Of a stretch of DNA of 64,000 nt, positions 1-9,054 are shown in pieces. The translations under genes and the position numbers were made by a program. Positions within the stretch are counted from its first letter, which is position 1. The number at the start of each line of letters is the position of its first letter. Origin of the DNA: Dehalococcoidia bacterium (lineage in GTDB: Bacteria; Chloroflexota; Dehalococcoidia; Lucifugimonadales; UBA1127); contig DAOUJQ010000004.1 of NCBI GenBank assembly GCA_034422455.1, positions 45,737 to 109,736 of the forward strand. Reading direction: 5' to 3'. The notes beneath the pieces are model-generated. The model was not told where the DNA came from and did no database searches. It worked only from the letters and a program-made list of their open reading frames with translations.

Positions 1-236
1 TAGAAAAGCGACGCGCCGCGGTGGGGGCAGGAGTTCTGGATGATGCCCACATCGCCGTTGGTGGCCCGGAACGCGATGAGCTCTTCCCCCAGCAGCTTGA
101 GGCGGACCGGTTCGCAGTCCGGGGCGGCCAGCTCCTCCGACATCAAGGCGGGCATCCAGTACTCGCGCATCAGGTCGCCCATGGGGGTGCCGGGGCCGAC
201 CCTGGTCAACAGTTCGTTCTCTTCCTTGCTCAGCAT
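1..236 (-). CDS. Rieske [2Fe-2S] oxygenase alpha subunit, N-terminal part (continues beyond window start)
   Basis: Reverse translation from ATG at 236-234 gives MLSKEENELLTRVGPGTPMGDLMREYWMPAL...IQNSCPHRGASLF. It is colinear with the two paralogs just upstream on the same strand and is cut by the window edge. Confidence 0.75.
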   Translation of the reverse strand, partial: MLSKEENELLTRVGPGTPMGDLMREYWMPALMSEELAAPDCEPVRLKLLGEELIAFRATNGDVGIIQNSCPHRGASLF

Positions 237-279
237 GGCCCAACCCTCCTCAGTTGCCCCTGGCCTCCTGCCGCAGCGC

Positions 280-1530
280 CTACACTCCTACCGGCACCCG
301 CTCCGTGGTCTCGTCGAAGGTGACGCTCTTGTCCAGCACCTCCGCAACCGACCTGACCCGGAAGGTGGCGCCGTCCCTGGGCACGACGGGCTCCTCGCCC
401 TCCATGATGTCCCGGCACGCCTTCAGGAAGATGCGCCGCATGGCGATGATCGGCGCGTCCGACGTGCCGAGGTGCTCCTTCGTGCGGTCGCAGATGGCGC
501 CCATGCTTTCCTGGATACTGGCGTCCTGCACGGAGATGTCCTTGATGCCGGTGAAGGTCTGCGTGCGCTGGACCTCCCGGTCAATGCCGTAGTCGTTGTC
601 CTTGTTCACGACGGATCGCATGGTGCGCGGCTCCAGTTCCAGGAAGCTCGCGCTGTGGCCCTCGTCCTCCCGCAGCGGCCTGCTGGCGTTCCAGCTGTAT
701 GTGAACATCCAGCAGTTGTCGTCGTCCATCGGGACCCAGCCGTGGCCGCTGTAGGTGCGCTCGTCCGGGCTGCCCGTGCCGCCGGGGATGATGGTGAAAA
801 AGGGCAGCATGAACGGTGTCAGCCGCCAGTAGTACTTGTCGTCTTCCGCCTCACGGTTCGCGCCGTAGACGAAGCCGTAGTCCGTGGTCTTGACGGTGAA
901 GTGCGGAGCGCCGTCCCGGTTGGAGAGGCTCTGGTTTGCCGGATCGTCCCGCTTGGTGGGCGTCAGCCCGAAGTGGAGGTAGGAGATGTGGCTGGAGTCG
1001 ATGCCGCCCTCGATGCCCTGCACGAAGTTGCTCTCCTGCACGCGGCGGGACACCCGTCGGTGGCTCTCCGGCACAGCGGCGTACCCGACCTCCGGCAGTT
1101 CCGGCATCAGCTCCGCGGGGCCCATGTAGGCCCAGATGAAGCCGCCCCAGTCGCGGGCGGGGTAGGCCTTGATCTTCACCTTTTCCTTGAAGTTGCTCTC
1201 CGCGGGCTCGGAGGGCATGTCGACGCAGTCGCCGTTGATGTCGAACTTCCAGCCATGGTACACGCACCGGATGCCGCACTCCTCGTTTCGGCCGAAGAAG
1301 AGGCTGGCGCGGCGGTGCGGGCAGTAGTTGTCGACGAGGCCCACGTCGCCGTTGGTGTCCCGGAAGGCGACCAGCTCCTCCGACATGATCTTCACGCGCA
1401 CCGGCGGGCAGTCGGGTTCCGGCAACTCCCGCGTGAGCAGCGCGGGGATCCAGAACCGGCGCAGGTATTCGCCCATGGGTGTGCCCGGGGCTGTGCGGGT
1501 AATAAGCTCATTGTCCTGCTGGCTCAGCAT
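280..1530 (-). CDS. Rieske non-heme iron oxygenase alpha subunit (phthalate-dioxygenase-like family)
   Basis: 416-aa ORF. Rieske motif CPHRRASL...CVYHGWKF. Mononuclear iron motif in EGGIDSSHISYLH (E-x3-D-x2-H-x4-H). SD-like AGAGGAG upstream of the ATG. Confidence 0.9.
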   Translation of the reverse strand: MLSQQDNELITRTAPGTPMGEYLRRFWIPALLTRELPEPDCPPVRVKIMSEELVAFRDTNGDVGLVDNYCPHRRASLFFGRNEECGIRCVYHGWKFDINGDCVDMPSEPAESNFKEKVKIKAYPARDWGGFIWAYMGPAELMPELPEVGYAAVPESHRRVSRRVQESNFVQGIEGGIDSSHISYLHFGLTPTKRDDPANQSLSNRDGAPHFTVKTTDYGFVYGANREAEDDKYYWRLTPFMLPFFTIIPGGTGSPDERTYSGHGWVPMDDDNCWMFTYSWNASRPLREDEGHSASFLELEPRTMRSVVNKDNDYGIDREVQRTQTFTGIKDISVQDASIQESMGAICDRTKEHLGTSDAPIIAMRRIFLKACRDIMEGEEPVVPRDGATFRVRSVAEVLDKSVTFDETTERVPVGV

Positions 1531-1554
1531 GGAACGACTCCTCTTGTCAAGAAA

Positions 1555-2844
1555 TTACCCGGCCGTGGGCACGTCCTCCGGGTACATCTCCGGCAGCAGC
1601 ACCTCGCGCCAGGGAATGTTGCGGTCAAAGACCTTCTCGATCGCGCGAGCGGTGTGGTAGGTCGTCGAGTGCGCGCCGCGAGGGTCATCGCCCTCAGCCA
1701 CGGTGCGGGCCGCTTCCATGACCAGCTTGCGCATCGCGATGACGGCGGAGTCGGCCGGGCCGAGGTGCTCGCGGGAGCGGTCGACGATGACGCCCATGCT
1801 CTCCTGCACTGCCCGGTCCTGCGCGTTGATGCCCGTGATGCCGGTGAAGGTCTCCGTCCTCTGGACTTCACGGTTGATGAGCCAGTCGTTGCGGATGTTG
1901 CCCACGGCCCGGAAGGTGACCTGGTCCACGTTGGGCCAGCCGTTGGCGGTGCCCTCCATGGTCCGTTCCTTCTCCGACATCTCGCCGGCGCCGAAGCTGT
2001 AGTGGAAGTTCCACACCATCACGTTGTGGTCGTCGATGGGCACCCAGTGGTGACCGGCGACCATCTCTTTGTCGGGAGCGCCGGCGCGGCCGATCTGCTG
2101 CGGCCGGAGCTGCGTGAACGGCATGATGAAGTGGTATCCCCGGACGTACTGCTCGGCTTCGCCCAGCGGCCGGATCCCGGTGTAGCGGTAGCCATAGTCG
2201 GTCACGTCCACCTCGAGGGTGGGCGCGCCGCCGCGGACAAACGGCGTCGACGGCTGAATTCCCTCCGAGCCGACGTTCTCCTTCAGTTGCCGGTGCAGGA
2301 TGGGCGCGTGCGACGAGTCGATGCCGCCCTCCAGGGCCTGCAGCCAGTTGCACTCCTGGATGACCTTGGTCACGCCGCGGTGGGACTCGGGCACGCGCGT
2401 GTACTCGAAGTTCGGAAGCGGGGGTTTCTTGTCGGCCGGGCCCATGTAGACCCAGATGACGTCGCCCATCTCCACGGCCGCGTAGGACTTGACCTTGATC
2501 TTCTCCTTGAAGTTCACCGGCTCGTTCATCTGCTCGACGCAGTTCCCGTGCACGTCGAACTTCCAGCCGTGGTAGACGCAGCGCAAGCCCGCCTCCTCGT
2601 TGCGGCCGAGCCACAGGGACGCCAGCCGGTGCGGGCACTGCTCGTCCAGGACGCCGATGTCACCGTTGGTGTCGCGGAAGGCGACCAAGTCCTCGCCGAG
2701 CATGCGCAGCCGGACGGGCGTGCAATCGGGTTCAGGCAACTCGCGCCTGAGAAGGGCGGGGAGCCAGTAGCGCCGCAGGGCCTCGCCCATCGGCGATCCG
2801 GGGCCTACCCTCGTTACCTGCTCGTTCTCTTCCCTCGTCAGCAT
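1555..2844 (-). CDS. Rieske non-heme iron oxygenase alpha subunit (paralog)
   Basis: 429-aa ORF. CPHRLASL...CVYHGWKF and EGGIDSSHAPILH motifs. GGAGAAGG SD upstream of the ATG. Confidence 0.9.
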   Translation of the reverse strand: MLTREENEQVTRVGPGSPMGEALRRYWLPALLRRELPEPDCTPVRLRMLGEDLVAFRDTNGDIGVLDEQCPHRLASLWLGRNEEAGLRCVYHGWKFDVHGNCVEQMNEPVNFKEKIKVKSYAAVEMGDVIWVYMGPADKKPPLPNFEYTRVPESHRGVTKVIQECNWLQALEGGIDSSHAPILHRQLKENVGSEGIQPSTPFVRGGAPTLEVDVTDYGYRYTGIRPLGEAEQYVRGYHFIMPFTQLRPQQIGRAGAPDKEMVAGHHWVPIDDHNVMVWNFHYSFGAGEMSEKERTMEGTANGWPNVDQVTFRAVGNIRNDWLINREVQRTETFTGITGINAQDRAVQESMGVIVDRSREHLGPADSAVIAMRKLVMEAARTVAEGDDPRGAHSTTYHTARAIEKVFDRNIPWREVLLPEMYPEDVPTAG

Positions 2845-3088
2845 TGCCTTCTCCTCTTGGGTTTCGTGTCTTCCCCGTCAGCCGTTTCGGCCGTCGCACG
2901 ATATTGCACTAATGGCGTACTTCTACAGCATGAACCATGCGCCAATAGCAGCTTAATGTCAATAAGAATGATGGCGAATCCGGACGGCGCTGCAATACGA
3001 AGTGGGCGCCATAGTTGTCATAGATGGTGACCGTTCCAAAAACAGAGTCGCCGCCGGCGCTGTGCCAGCGGCGATGTGGTTGCTGTGT

Positions 3089-3165
3089 TGGTCGGGGCGA
3101 TTGGATTTGAACCAACGACCCCCTGCACCCCATGCAGGTGCGCTACCGGTCTGCGCCACGCCCCG
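3089..3165 (-). tRNA. tRNA-Pro (anticodon GGG), CCA encoded
   Basis: The reverse complement folds by hand as a cloverleaf: CGGGGCG acceptor, anticodon stem CCTGC/GCAGG with loop ATGGGGT, TTCAAAT T-loop, 3' CGCCCCG-A-CCA. Confidence 0.9.
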
Positions 3166-3217
3166 ACGGTTTCACCAGTATAGCAGCGCCGGGGGTCCTC
3201 TTCAACGAACCCGGCGT

Positions 3218-4555
3218 CTACCTGCGCATCATCTGCTGCAGCTGCGCCATGCCCCGGTTCTTGCCGCCGGAGAACTGCTTCATCATGCGCTGCATCTGGC
3301 GGAACTGGTTCAGCAGCTGGTTCACTTCCTGCACGCTGGTGCCGCTGCCCAGCGCGATGCGCCGACGTCGGGACGCGTTGAGCACGTTGGGGTCCCGCCG
3401 CTCGCGGGGCGTCATGGACAGCACGATGGCCTCGACGCTCTTCAGGTGCCCGTCGTCGACCTCGTCGGCGTTCAGCCGGCCCTTCATGCCGGGGATCATC
3501 TCCAGCACCTGGCCCAGCGGCCCCATCTTCTGCACGGCGCGGAGTTGCTCCAGGAAGTCCTGCAGGTCGAATGTGGCCTTGCGGAGCTTGCGCTCCATCT
3601 CCTCGGCCTGCTGGATGTCGACGGCGTCCTGCGCCCGCTCGATGAGGGTGAGCATGTCGCCCATACCCAGGATGCGCGATGCCAGCCGGTCCGGGTAGAA
3701 GGGCTCAAGTGCGTCCGTCTTCTCGCCGACGCCCATGAACTTCACGGGCACGCCGGTCACCGCGCTGATGGAGAGCGCGGCGCCGCCCCGGGCATCGCCG
3801 TCCATCTTGGTCAGCACCAGGCCGGTGAGGCCCACGCGCTCGTGGAAGGTTGCCGCGGCGTTCACGGCTTCCTGGCCGGTCATCGCGTCCACGACGAGTA
3901 CGACCTCCTCCGGGTTGACGGCCTTCTTGATATCGGCCAGCTCCTCCATCAGCTCGTCGTCGATCTGCAGACGGCCGCCGGTGTCGATGATGGCCCACGG
4001 GCTTCCCTGTCGGGCCGCCTCTACGGCGCCGTTCTTCGCGACGCGCACCGCCGTCGACGATGCCGGCGGCTCCTGGTAGACGGGCATGTCGAGCTGTCGG
4101 CCGAGGGAGGCAATCTGCTCGATGGCCGCGGGCCGGCGCAGGTCCGCCGCCACGAGCATGGGCTTGCCGCGGCTGCCCGCCGCTAGGTGCGTTGCGAGCT
4201 TGGCTGCGGTGGTCGTCTTGCCGGAGCCCTGCAGGCCCACCAGCATAAGTACGGCGGTCGCGTTCGTGCCGTGGTGAAGGCGGTGGTCGCCGGCGCTGAG
4301 GATGGCGGTGAGCTCCTCGTCCACCACCTTGACCACCTGCTGCCCGGGGTTGAGGCCCTGAAGCAGGTCGGCGTCGAGGCACCGCGACTTGACCTTGCTC
4401 ACAAAGTCGCGGGCGACGCGGAAGTTGACGTCCGCCTCAAGCAGCGCGACCCGCACCTCCTTCAGCGCCTCGTCGATGTCCTTCTCCGTCAATCGGCCCC
4501 GGCTCCCCAGCCGCTGAAACACGGCCGAGAGCTTCGCGCCCAATGCGTCAAACAT
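3218..4555 (-). CDS. ffh: Signal recognition particle protein Ffh
   Basis: 445-aa ORF. N/G domain with P-loop GLQGSGKTTTAAKLA, DTGGR and TKMDGDARGG motifs, and a Met-rich C-terminal M domain. Confidence 0.97.
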   Translation of the reverse strand: MFDALGAKLSAVFQRLGSRGRLTEKDIDEALKEVRVALLEADVNFRVARDFVSKVKSRCLDADLLQGLNPGQQVVKVVDEELTAILSAGDHRLHHGTNATAVLMLVGLQGSGKTTTAAKLATHLAAGSRGKPMLVAADLRRPAAIEQIASLGRQLDMPVYQEPPASSTAVRVAKNGAVEAARQGSPWAIIDTGGRLQIDDELMEELADIKKAVNPEEVVLVVDAMTGQEAVNAAATFHERVGLTGLVLTKMDGDARGGAALSISAVTGVPVKFMGVGEKTDALEPFYPDRLASRILGMGDMLTLIERAQDAVDIQQAEEMERKLRKATFDLQDFLEQLRAVQKMGPLGQVLEMIPGMKGRLNADEVDDGHLKSVEAIVLSMTPRERRDPNVLNASRRRRIALGSGTSVQEVNQLLNQFRQMQRMMKQFSGGKNRGMAQLQQMMRR

Positions 4556-4686
4556 GCATGGCCTCCACGGCCATTGTAGGGTGCGCCGATGAGGGGGGCA
4601 AACGACGGGGAGACAGCCGTTTTGCCCCTCTTTCTTGGGCCAAGCCTGTGCTAGGATTCCTGTACCCCACTCGGAGGCCCCGGGCC

Positions 4687-7278
4687 ATGGTCCCGCTGCA
4701 CCTGCGTCTCTACAACTTCCTGAGCTATCAGGGTGAAACGGAACTCGATCTGCGCGGCATCCACGTCGGCTGCCTGTCCGGCGACAACGGCAACGGCAAG
4801 TCGGCCTTGCTCGACGCCGTCACTTGGGCGCTGTGGGGCTGGGCTCGCGGCCGGCGCTACGGCGCAGGCGGCACATCGCCGGACGAGCTCGTGTACCAGG
4901 GCCAGACCGACATGGAGGTGGCCCTAACCTTTGCCGCCGGTGAGGCCGTGTACCGGATGGTGCGCAAGCACTCCAGGGGTGGCGCGCGGCGGAGCGCAGC
5001 CCGCATGGTCGACCTGCAGGCCGGCACCGGCGACGGCTTCCGCTCGCTTACCGAGGGCTCCGTGAGGGACACGGAGGTCGAGGTCGAGCGCCTCCTGCGT
5101 ATGAGCTACGAAACCTTTGTGAACAGCGCCTTCCTGCTGCAGGGCGAGGCTGACCGCTTCAGCACCAGCAGGCCCGCGCAGCGCAAGGAGATCCTGGCCG
5201 ACGTCCTGGGCCTCTCTCTGTACGAGCGGCTGCAGGAGCGGGCACGGGAGCGCGTCCGCGAGTTTGACGCGGACCTGCTGCGCAACCGGATGGCGCAAGA
5301 CTCCGCCGATGCCGACCTCGCGATGCGCCCCGCTACGGAGGAGGCGCTCTCGGAAGCGGAGCGGGCCCTTGCCGACGTCGCTCCTCGATTGCAAACGGCC
5401 CGCGCGGAGGAGGGTGCCCTTGAACTGCAGGTCGCGGAGCTGGACCGCGCACAGGAGCAGGCCGAACGGCTGCGGGCGAGCAGGACACAGCGCTTGGATG
5501 AAGCGGAGAGGCTCGGTGTCCAGGCGGAGCAGTCGCGTGAGCGGGCATCCCGCTTCTCCGATGTACTGTCTCGCGGCGCCGAGATCGTCGACGGCGCGGC
5601 GAGATTGAAAGAAGTCCAGGCCCTTCTGGAGTCCCTCGACGAGACTCAGCGGCAGGATGCGGCCCTTGAGCGGAAGGCGCTGGGGCTCCAGCACACGATC
5701 GCCCAGGCGGAGGGGCAGCTGAGGGCAGAGGCAGACCGCCTTCGCGACCGCATCGACCGCGATCTGCAGCCGCGGGTCGAGCGCGGCAAAGAGGCGCGCG
5801 CTTCCCTGGCGGGTCTGGCGGCGGAGGAAGAGGGCATTACGAGGCAGCGCGGAGTCGTTCAGGAGCGCCGGGACGCGCTGAATGCCGCCGTGCGCACCAT
5901 CGAACGCCTGGAGACCGACAACCGCCGTCTCCACACGGAGATCGAGGAGATGCGCGGCGGTTACCGGATGCTGAGGGAAGGTGAGACGCACTGCCCGCTG
6001 TGTGGCACGGCGTTGGGTGAGGATGGGATCGCGCATCTGCTCCAGGAGCGTGAGCGCCAGGGCCGCGAGCGACGTGCGCAATACGACGCCAATGCCGCTG
6101 AACTGGCCTCTCTGGGACCCAGACGCAAGCGCCTGGAGTCGGAAGTCGTAAGGGCGGACGCGGTGCTGGAGCAGGCCCAGCGGAACCACACCGCGAGTGT
6201 AGCCGCACTGGACCGGGAGGTTGCGGAAGGAGAGCAGGCGGAATCCCTGCTCGGCTCGCTTTCGACAGAGCTCGACGCACTCCTGCGCCGCTTGGAGTCG
6301 GACGACTTCGCCCAGGACGAGCAGGCAGCCCTCGCGGAGGCGCTGCTGGAGCGAGAGGTGCTCACGTACGACGGCGATGAGCACGAGCAGGCGCGTGATT
6401 CGCTCCGTGAGCTTCAGCCATATGAGAATCTGGCCCGGGATCTCCGGGACGCTGAAGAGCGGTTGCCCCAGGAGCAGGCTGCGCTGGCGGAGTTCGAGCA
6501 GCTCGCGCTCGCCCGCCGCAACGAGGCCGCTGACCTGGAGCAACAGCTGGCTGAGATTGGCGGACGGCTGGAAAGCGCCCCCGCGCTCCGCGAACAGTTG
6601 GGCGGCAAGGCGCAAGAGCGGCGGCGGCTGGAAAGCCGAGCGTCAGAGCTCCAGGCAGAGGTGCAGGTCCACAAGCTGCGCCTTGAAGCGTTGCAGGCAA
6701 GGGAGAAGGAACTGAAGGGGCTCCTGCAGGAGCGAGATGACCTCCTCGCGGCCAAATCGTCATTTGGCGTGCTCGTTGAGGCCTTCGGGCGGGCGGGCAT
6801 CCAGGCCCTGCTCATCGAAGCTGCGCTTCCGGAGTTGGAGGGGCAGGCCAACGACCTGTTGGCTCGGCTCACGGACCACCGTATGACGTTGTCGCTGGAG
6901 ACGCAGCGGCAGAGCCGGCAGGGCAACGTCTCCGAGACGCTGGAGATCCGCATCGCCGACGAGTTGGGCACCCGCAGCTATGAGCTCTTCAGCGGCGGCG
7001 AGGCCTTCCGCATTGACTTCGCGCTCCGCGTGGCGCTCGCCAGGCTGCTGGCTTCGCGGGCTGGCGCCCCCCTGCGTACGCTCTTCCTAGACGAGGGTTT
7101 CGGCACGCAGGACCCCGGCGGGCGCGAGCGGCTGGTCAGCGCCATCCAGACCATCCAGGACGAGTTCGACCTGATCCTCGTCGTCACCCACATCGAGGAG
7201 ATGAAAGAGGCCTTTCCCGTGCGCATCGACGTCACCAAGGACGACACCGGTTCGTCGCTCGAGGTCGTGTGGGCGTGA
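4687..7278 (+). CDS. sbcC: SbcC/Rad50-family SMC-like ATPase (exonuclease subunit C)
   Basis: Start taken at ATG 4687 (MVPLHLRLYNFLSY...). Walker A GDNGNGKSALLDA, long coiled coil with central CPLCG zinc-hook motif, C-terminal signature LSGGE and Walker B LFLDEGFG. The ORF-track start at 4543 is probably too early. Confidence 0.9.
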   Translation: MVPLHLRLYNFLSYQGETELDLRGIHVGCLSGDNGNGKSALLDAVTWALWGWARGRRYGAGGTSPDELVYQGQTDMEVALTFAAGEAVYRMVRKHSRGGARRSAARMVDLQAGTGDGFRSLTEGSVRDTEVEVERLLRMSYETFVNSAFLLQGEADRFSTSRPAQRKEILADVLGLSLYERLQERARERVREFDADLLRNRMAQDSADADLAMRPATEEALSEAERALADVAPRLQTARAEEGALELQVAELDRAQEQAERLRASRTQRLDEAERLGVQAEQSRERASRFSDVLSRGAEIVDGAARLKEVQALLESLDETQRQDAALERKALGLQHTIAQAEGQLRAEADRLRDRIDRDLQPRVERGKEARASLAGLAAEEEGITRQRGVVQERRDALNAAVRTIERLETDNRRLHTEIEEMRGGYRMLREGETHCPLCGTALGEDGIAHLLQERERQGRERRAQYDANAAELASLGPRRKRLESEVVRADAVLEQAQRNHTASVAALDREVAEGEQAESLLGSLSTELDALLRRLESDDFAQDEQAALAEALLEREVLTYDGDEHEQARDSLRELQPYENLARDLRDAEERLPQEQAALAEFEQLALARRNEAADLEQQLAEIGGRLESAPALREQLGGKAQERRRLESRASELQAEVQVHKLRLEALQAREKELKGLLQERDDLLAAKSSFGVLVEAFGRAGIQALLIEAALPELEGQANDLLARLTDHRMTLSLETQRQSRQGNVSETLEIRIADELGTRSYELFSGGEAFRIDFALRVALARLLASRAGAPLRTLFLDEGFGTQDPGGRERLVSAIQTIQDEFDLILVVTHIEEMKEAFPVRIDVTKDDTGSSLEVVWA

Positions 7279-7862
7279 CGGAGGGCTCGTATTTCGAGGG
7301 CCGCCGCATCGCCGTTTACGGGCCCACTGGGAGCGGCAAGACGGGCTTGGGGTCGGAGGTCGCCCGGCGGCTGGCCCTGCCTCACATTGATTTGGACCAG
7401 GTGCACTGGCGGCCGGGATGGCGGGGCAAGCCGCGCGACCAGTTCCGCGCCGAGCTCACGTCATGGTTGGACGCCCGCCCCGGAGGTTGGGTCTGCACCG
7501 GCAATTACGCCAGCGTCGTAGGCGACCTCGTCATGTCCGGCGCCGACACCATCCTCTGGCTGCGGCTGCCGTTCCGGGTCGTGTTCTGGCGCCTCCTCCA
7601 GCGAACGCTCCACCGCTCTTTCACGTGGGAGCTGCAGTGGGGCACCAACCGCGAGACCCTTCGCAAGGCCTTCCTGAGCCGGGACTCCATCCTGCTGTGG
7701 TGCGTCACCCACTGGCGGGCCCACCACCGCCACGTCAGTGCGGCGCTCGCCGGGCACGCGGGCGATGCGGAGGTGATTGTGCTGCGGTCGCCGCGACAGG
7801 TGCGGGGTTGGTTGGAACGTGTGCCGCGCCTTGACCCTCTTCAGCGCGCGGCGATACACTGA
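7269..7862 (+). CDS. P-loop NTPase, adenylate-kinase-like (topology-modulation FlaR-like family)
   Basis: 197-aa ORF with GPTGSGKTG Walker A near the N-terminus. GTG start (7269 or 7275) overlaps the sbcC stop, so the two are likely translationally coupled. Confidence 0.65.
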   Translation: MGVTEGSYFEGRRIAVYGPTGSGKTGLGSEVARRLALPHIDLDQVHWRPGWRGKPRDQFRAELTSWLDARPGGWVCTGNYASVVGDLVMSGADTILWLRLPFRVVFWRLLQRTLHRSFTWELQWGTNRETLRKAFLSRDSILLWCVTHWRAHHRHVSAALAGHAGDAEVIVLRSPRQVRGWLERVPRLDPLQRAAIH

Positions 7863-7873
7863 AAACACCCCAA

Positions 7874-7947
7874 TGCCGAGTGGTGCAGCGGTAGCACGCG
7901 TGGCTCTGGACCACGAAACCTTGGTTCGAATCCAGGCTCGGCAGCCA
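7874..7947 (+). tRNA. tRNA-Gln (anticodon CTG), CCA encoded
   Basis: Hand fold: acceptor TGCCGAG/CTCGGCA, D stem GTGC/GCAC, anticodon stem CGTGG/CCACG with loop CTCTGGA, T arm CTTGG-TTCGAAT-CCAGG, then G-CCA. Confidence 0.9.
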
Positions 7948-8010
7948 CACCATTCTCCCCGTTGACTGCCCTTGCCCGCGTATGTCTGGGGGTCGAAATG
8001 ACGACGACGC

Positions 8011-9054
8011 TCAGTCGGCCGCCGTGGGAGCGGGATAGAACTGCGCGCAAAAGGCACGAAAGGGCATGATCTCGCCGTCTGAACGACACAGACGAGGCCG
8101 GGAACGGTAGCGCTTGCGGCTCCATATTGTCCGGTCCTGCCTGACGTCCTGGTTCTGTTGGATGACCATGAACCGATTGATGATGGGGGCGCGGAGCCGT
8201 CTCGGAAGAAAACCCAGGCCGGCAATCAACCGCTTCGGATTGCGGACCTCGTGCACTTGAGAGACCAGCGTCATGTCGATGAGCCTGCCGTCGACCGGCG
8301 TCGCCAGCACCCACAAGCGCATGTCCATGCCGATGCTGTGCTCCCGTATCTCCACGAAGGAATAGCCCAGCCCAACGACGTGGGTGAGCGCAGAGACTTC
8401 AATGGTAAGCTTGGCTAACCTTGCCACCTTCCGCACGCTCACAAAGTCGATCTGGCCTTCCAGCCGGGGCCCGTCCACCGTAATCGTCCCCGCGCGGCCC
8501 ACGCTGTCGTACCCATGCACGTACCGAAAGTGCGCCAGGTCCACGGAGTTCTCGGTGGTCTCTTGGGGATGACCGGGGAAGCGAAGCGTCCTTACCTTGT
8601 AATCGCACCAGCCGTCTTGCGCCGGGTCTTCCTCCGGCAGATGCCACTGCGGCTCCCTGTCGTTGATCCCCCACCACGCAAAGATCAGCCCGCAGACGTC
8701 CCGTGACGGAAAGACCCGCAGTTTCGCAGTCCTGGGCGCTTCGGCATACGGAGTGGCCACACACTGGCCGGTCGTATCGTACACATATCCGTGGAAGGGA
8801 CAGACGAGCCGTCCGTCCTGGATGCGGCCCCCCGCGGCGGGGCCGAGATAGGAGCCCAGGTGCGGGCAGTAGGCCTCCGCGACACAGACCTGCCCGTTAT
8901 TGTCACACCAGACGACGATGTCTTCGCCCATCCATGTCTTCTGGATGAGCCCGGCTTTCTGGATTTCCTTGCGGCTCGTGACAAAGTACCAGCCCTCGGG
9001 GAATGGGGAAGGGGCCTGTGCGGTGGCAGTTTCCCTGCCGGCCTGTTGCATCAT
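8011..9054 (-). CDS. Rieske non-heme iron oxygenase (distinct, shorter family than the four phthalate-type paralogs)
   Basis: 347-aa ORF. Rieske CPHLGSYL...CPFHGYVY. Catalytic iron motif ENSVDLAHFRYVHG (E-x3-D-x2-H-x4-H). Divergent from the P450 fusion gene. Confidence 0.85.
   Translation of the reverse strand: MMQQAGRETATAQAPSPFPEGWYFVTSRKEIQKAGLIQKTWMGEDIVVWCDNNGQVCVAEAYCPHLGSYLGPAAGGRIQDGRLVCPFHGYVYDTTGQCVATPYAEAPRTAKLRVFPSRDVCGLIFAWWGINDREPQWHLPEEDPAQDGWCDYKVRTLRFPGHPQETTENSVDLAHFRYVHGYDSVGRAGTITVDGPRLEGQIDFVSVRKVARLAKLTIEVSALTHVVGLGYSFVEIREHSIGMDMRLWVLATPVDGRLIDMTLVSQVHEVRNPKRLIAGLGFLPRRLRAPIINRFMVIQQNQDVRQDRTIWSRKRYRSRPRLCRSDGEIMPFRAFCAQFYPAPTAAD

Noticed and set aside
40-3030. 996-aa plus-strand ORF covering the first 3 kb. 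Similar very long ORFs occur at 4924..6615(-), 17654..18757(-), 18812..21883(+), 21900..23408(+), 24090..25235(-), 27694..29478(-), 31300..32403(-), 39267..40727(-), 45627..46739(+), 50831..52039(+), 52842..54380(+), 57894..59000(+) and 61781..62911(-)
   Set aside because: Each lies antisense to, or out of frame with, a gene that has clear family motifs. Their products are low-complexity Arg/Ala/Gly/Pro-rich strings, which is typical of stop-codon-poor frames in high-GC DNA.
4687-7862. SMC-like ATPase plus small NTPase as an anti-phage defence module (Lamassu-, Wadjet- or PARIS-like)
   Set aside because: The large protein has every hallmark of housekeeping SbcC, including the zinc hook. No nuclease effector or other defence-associated gene is adjacent. 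The evidence is insufficient.
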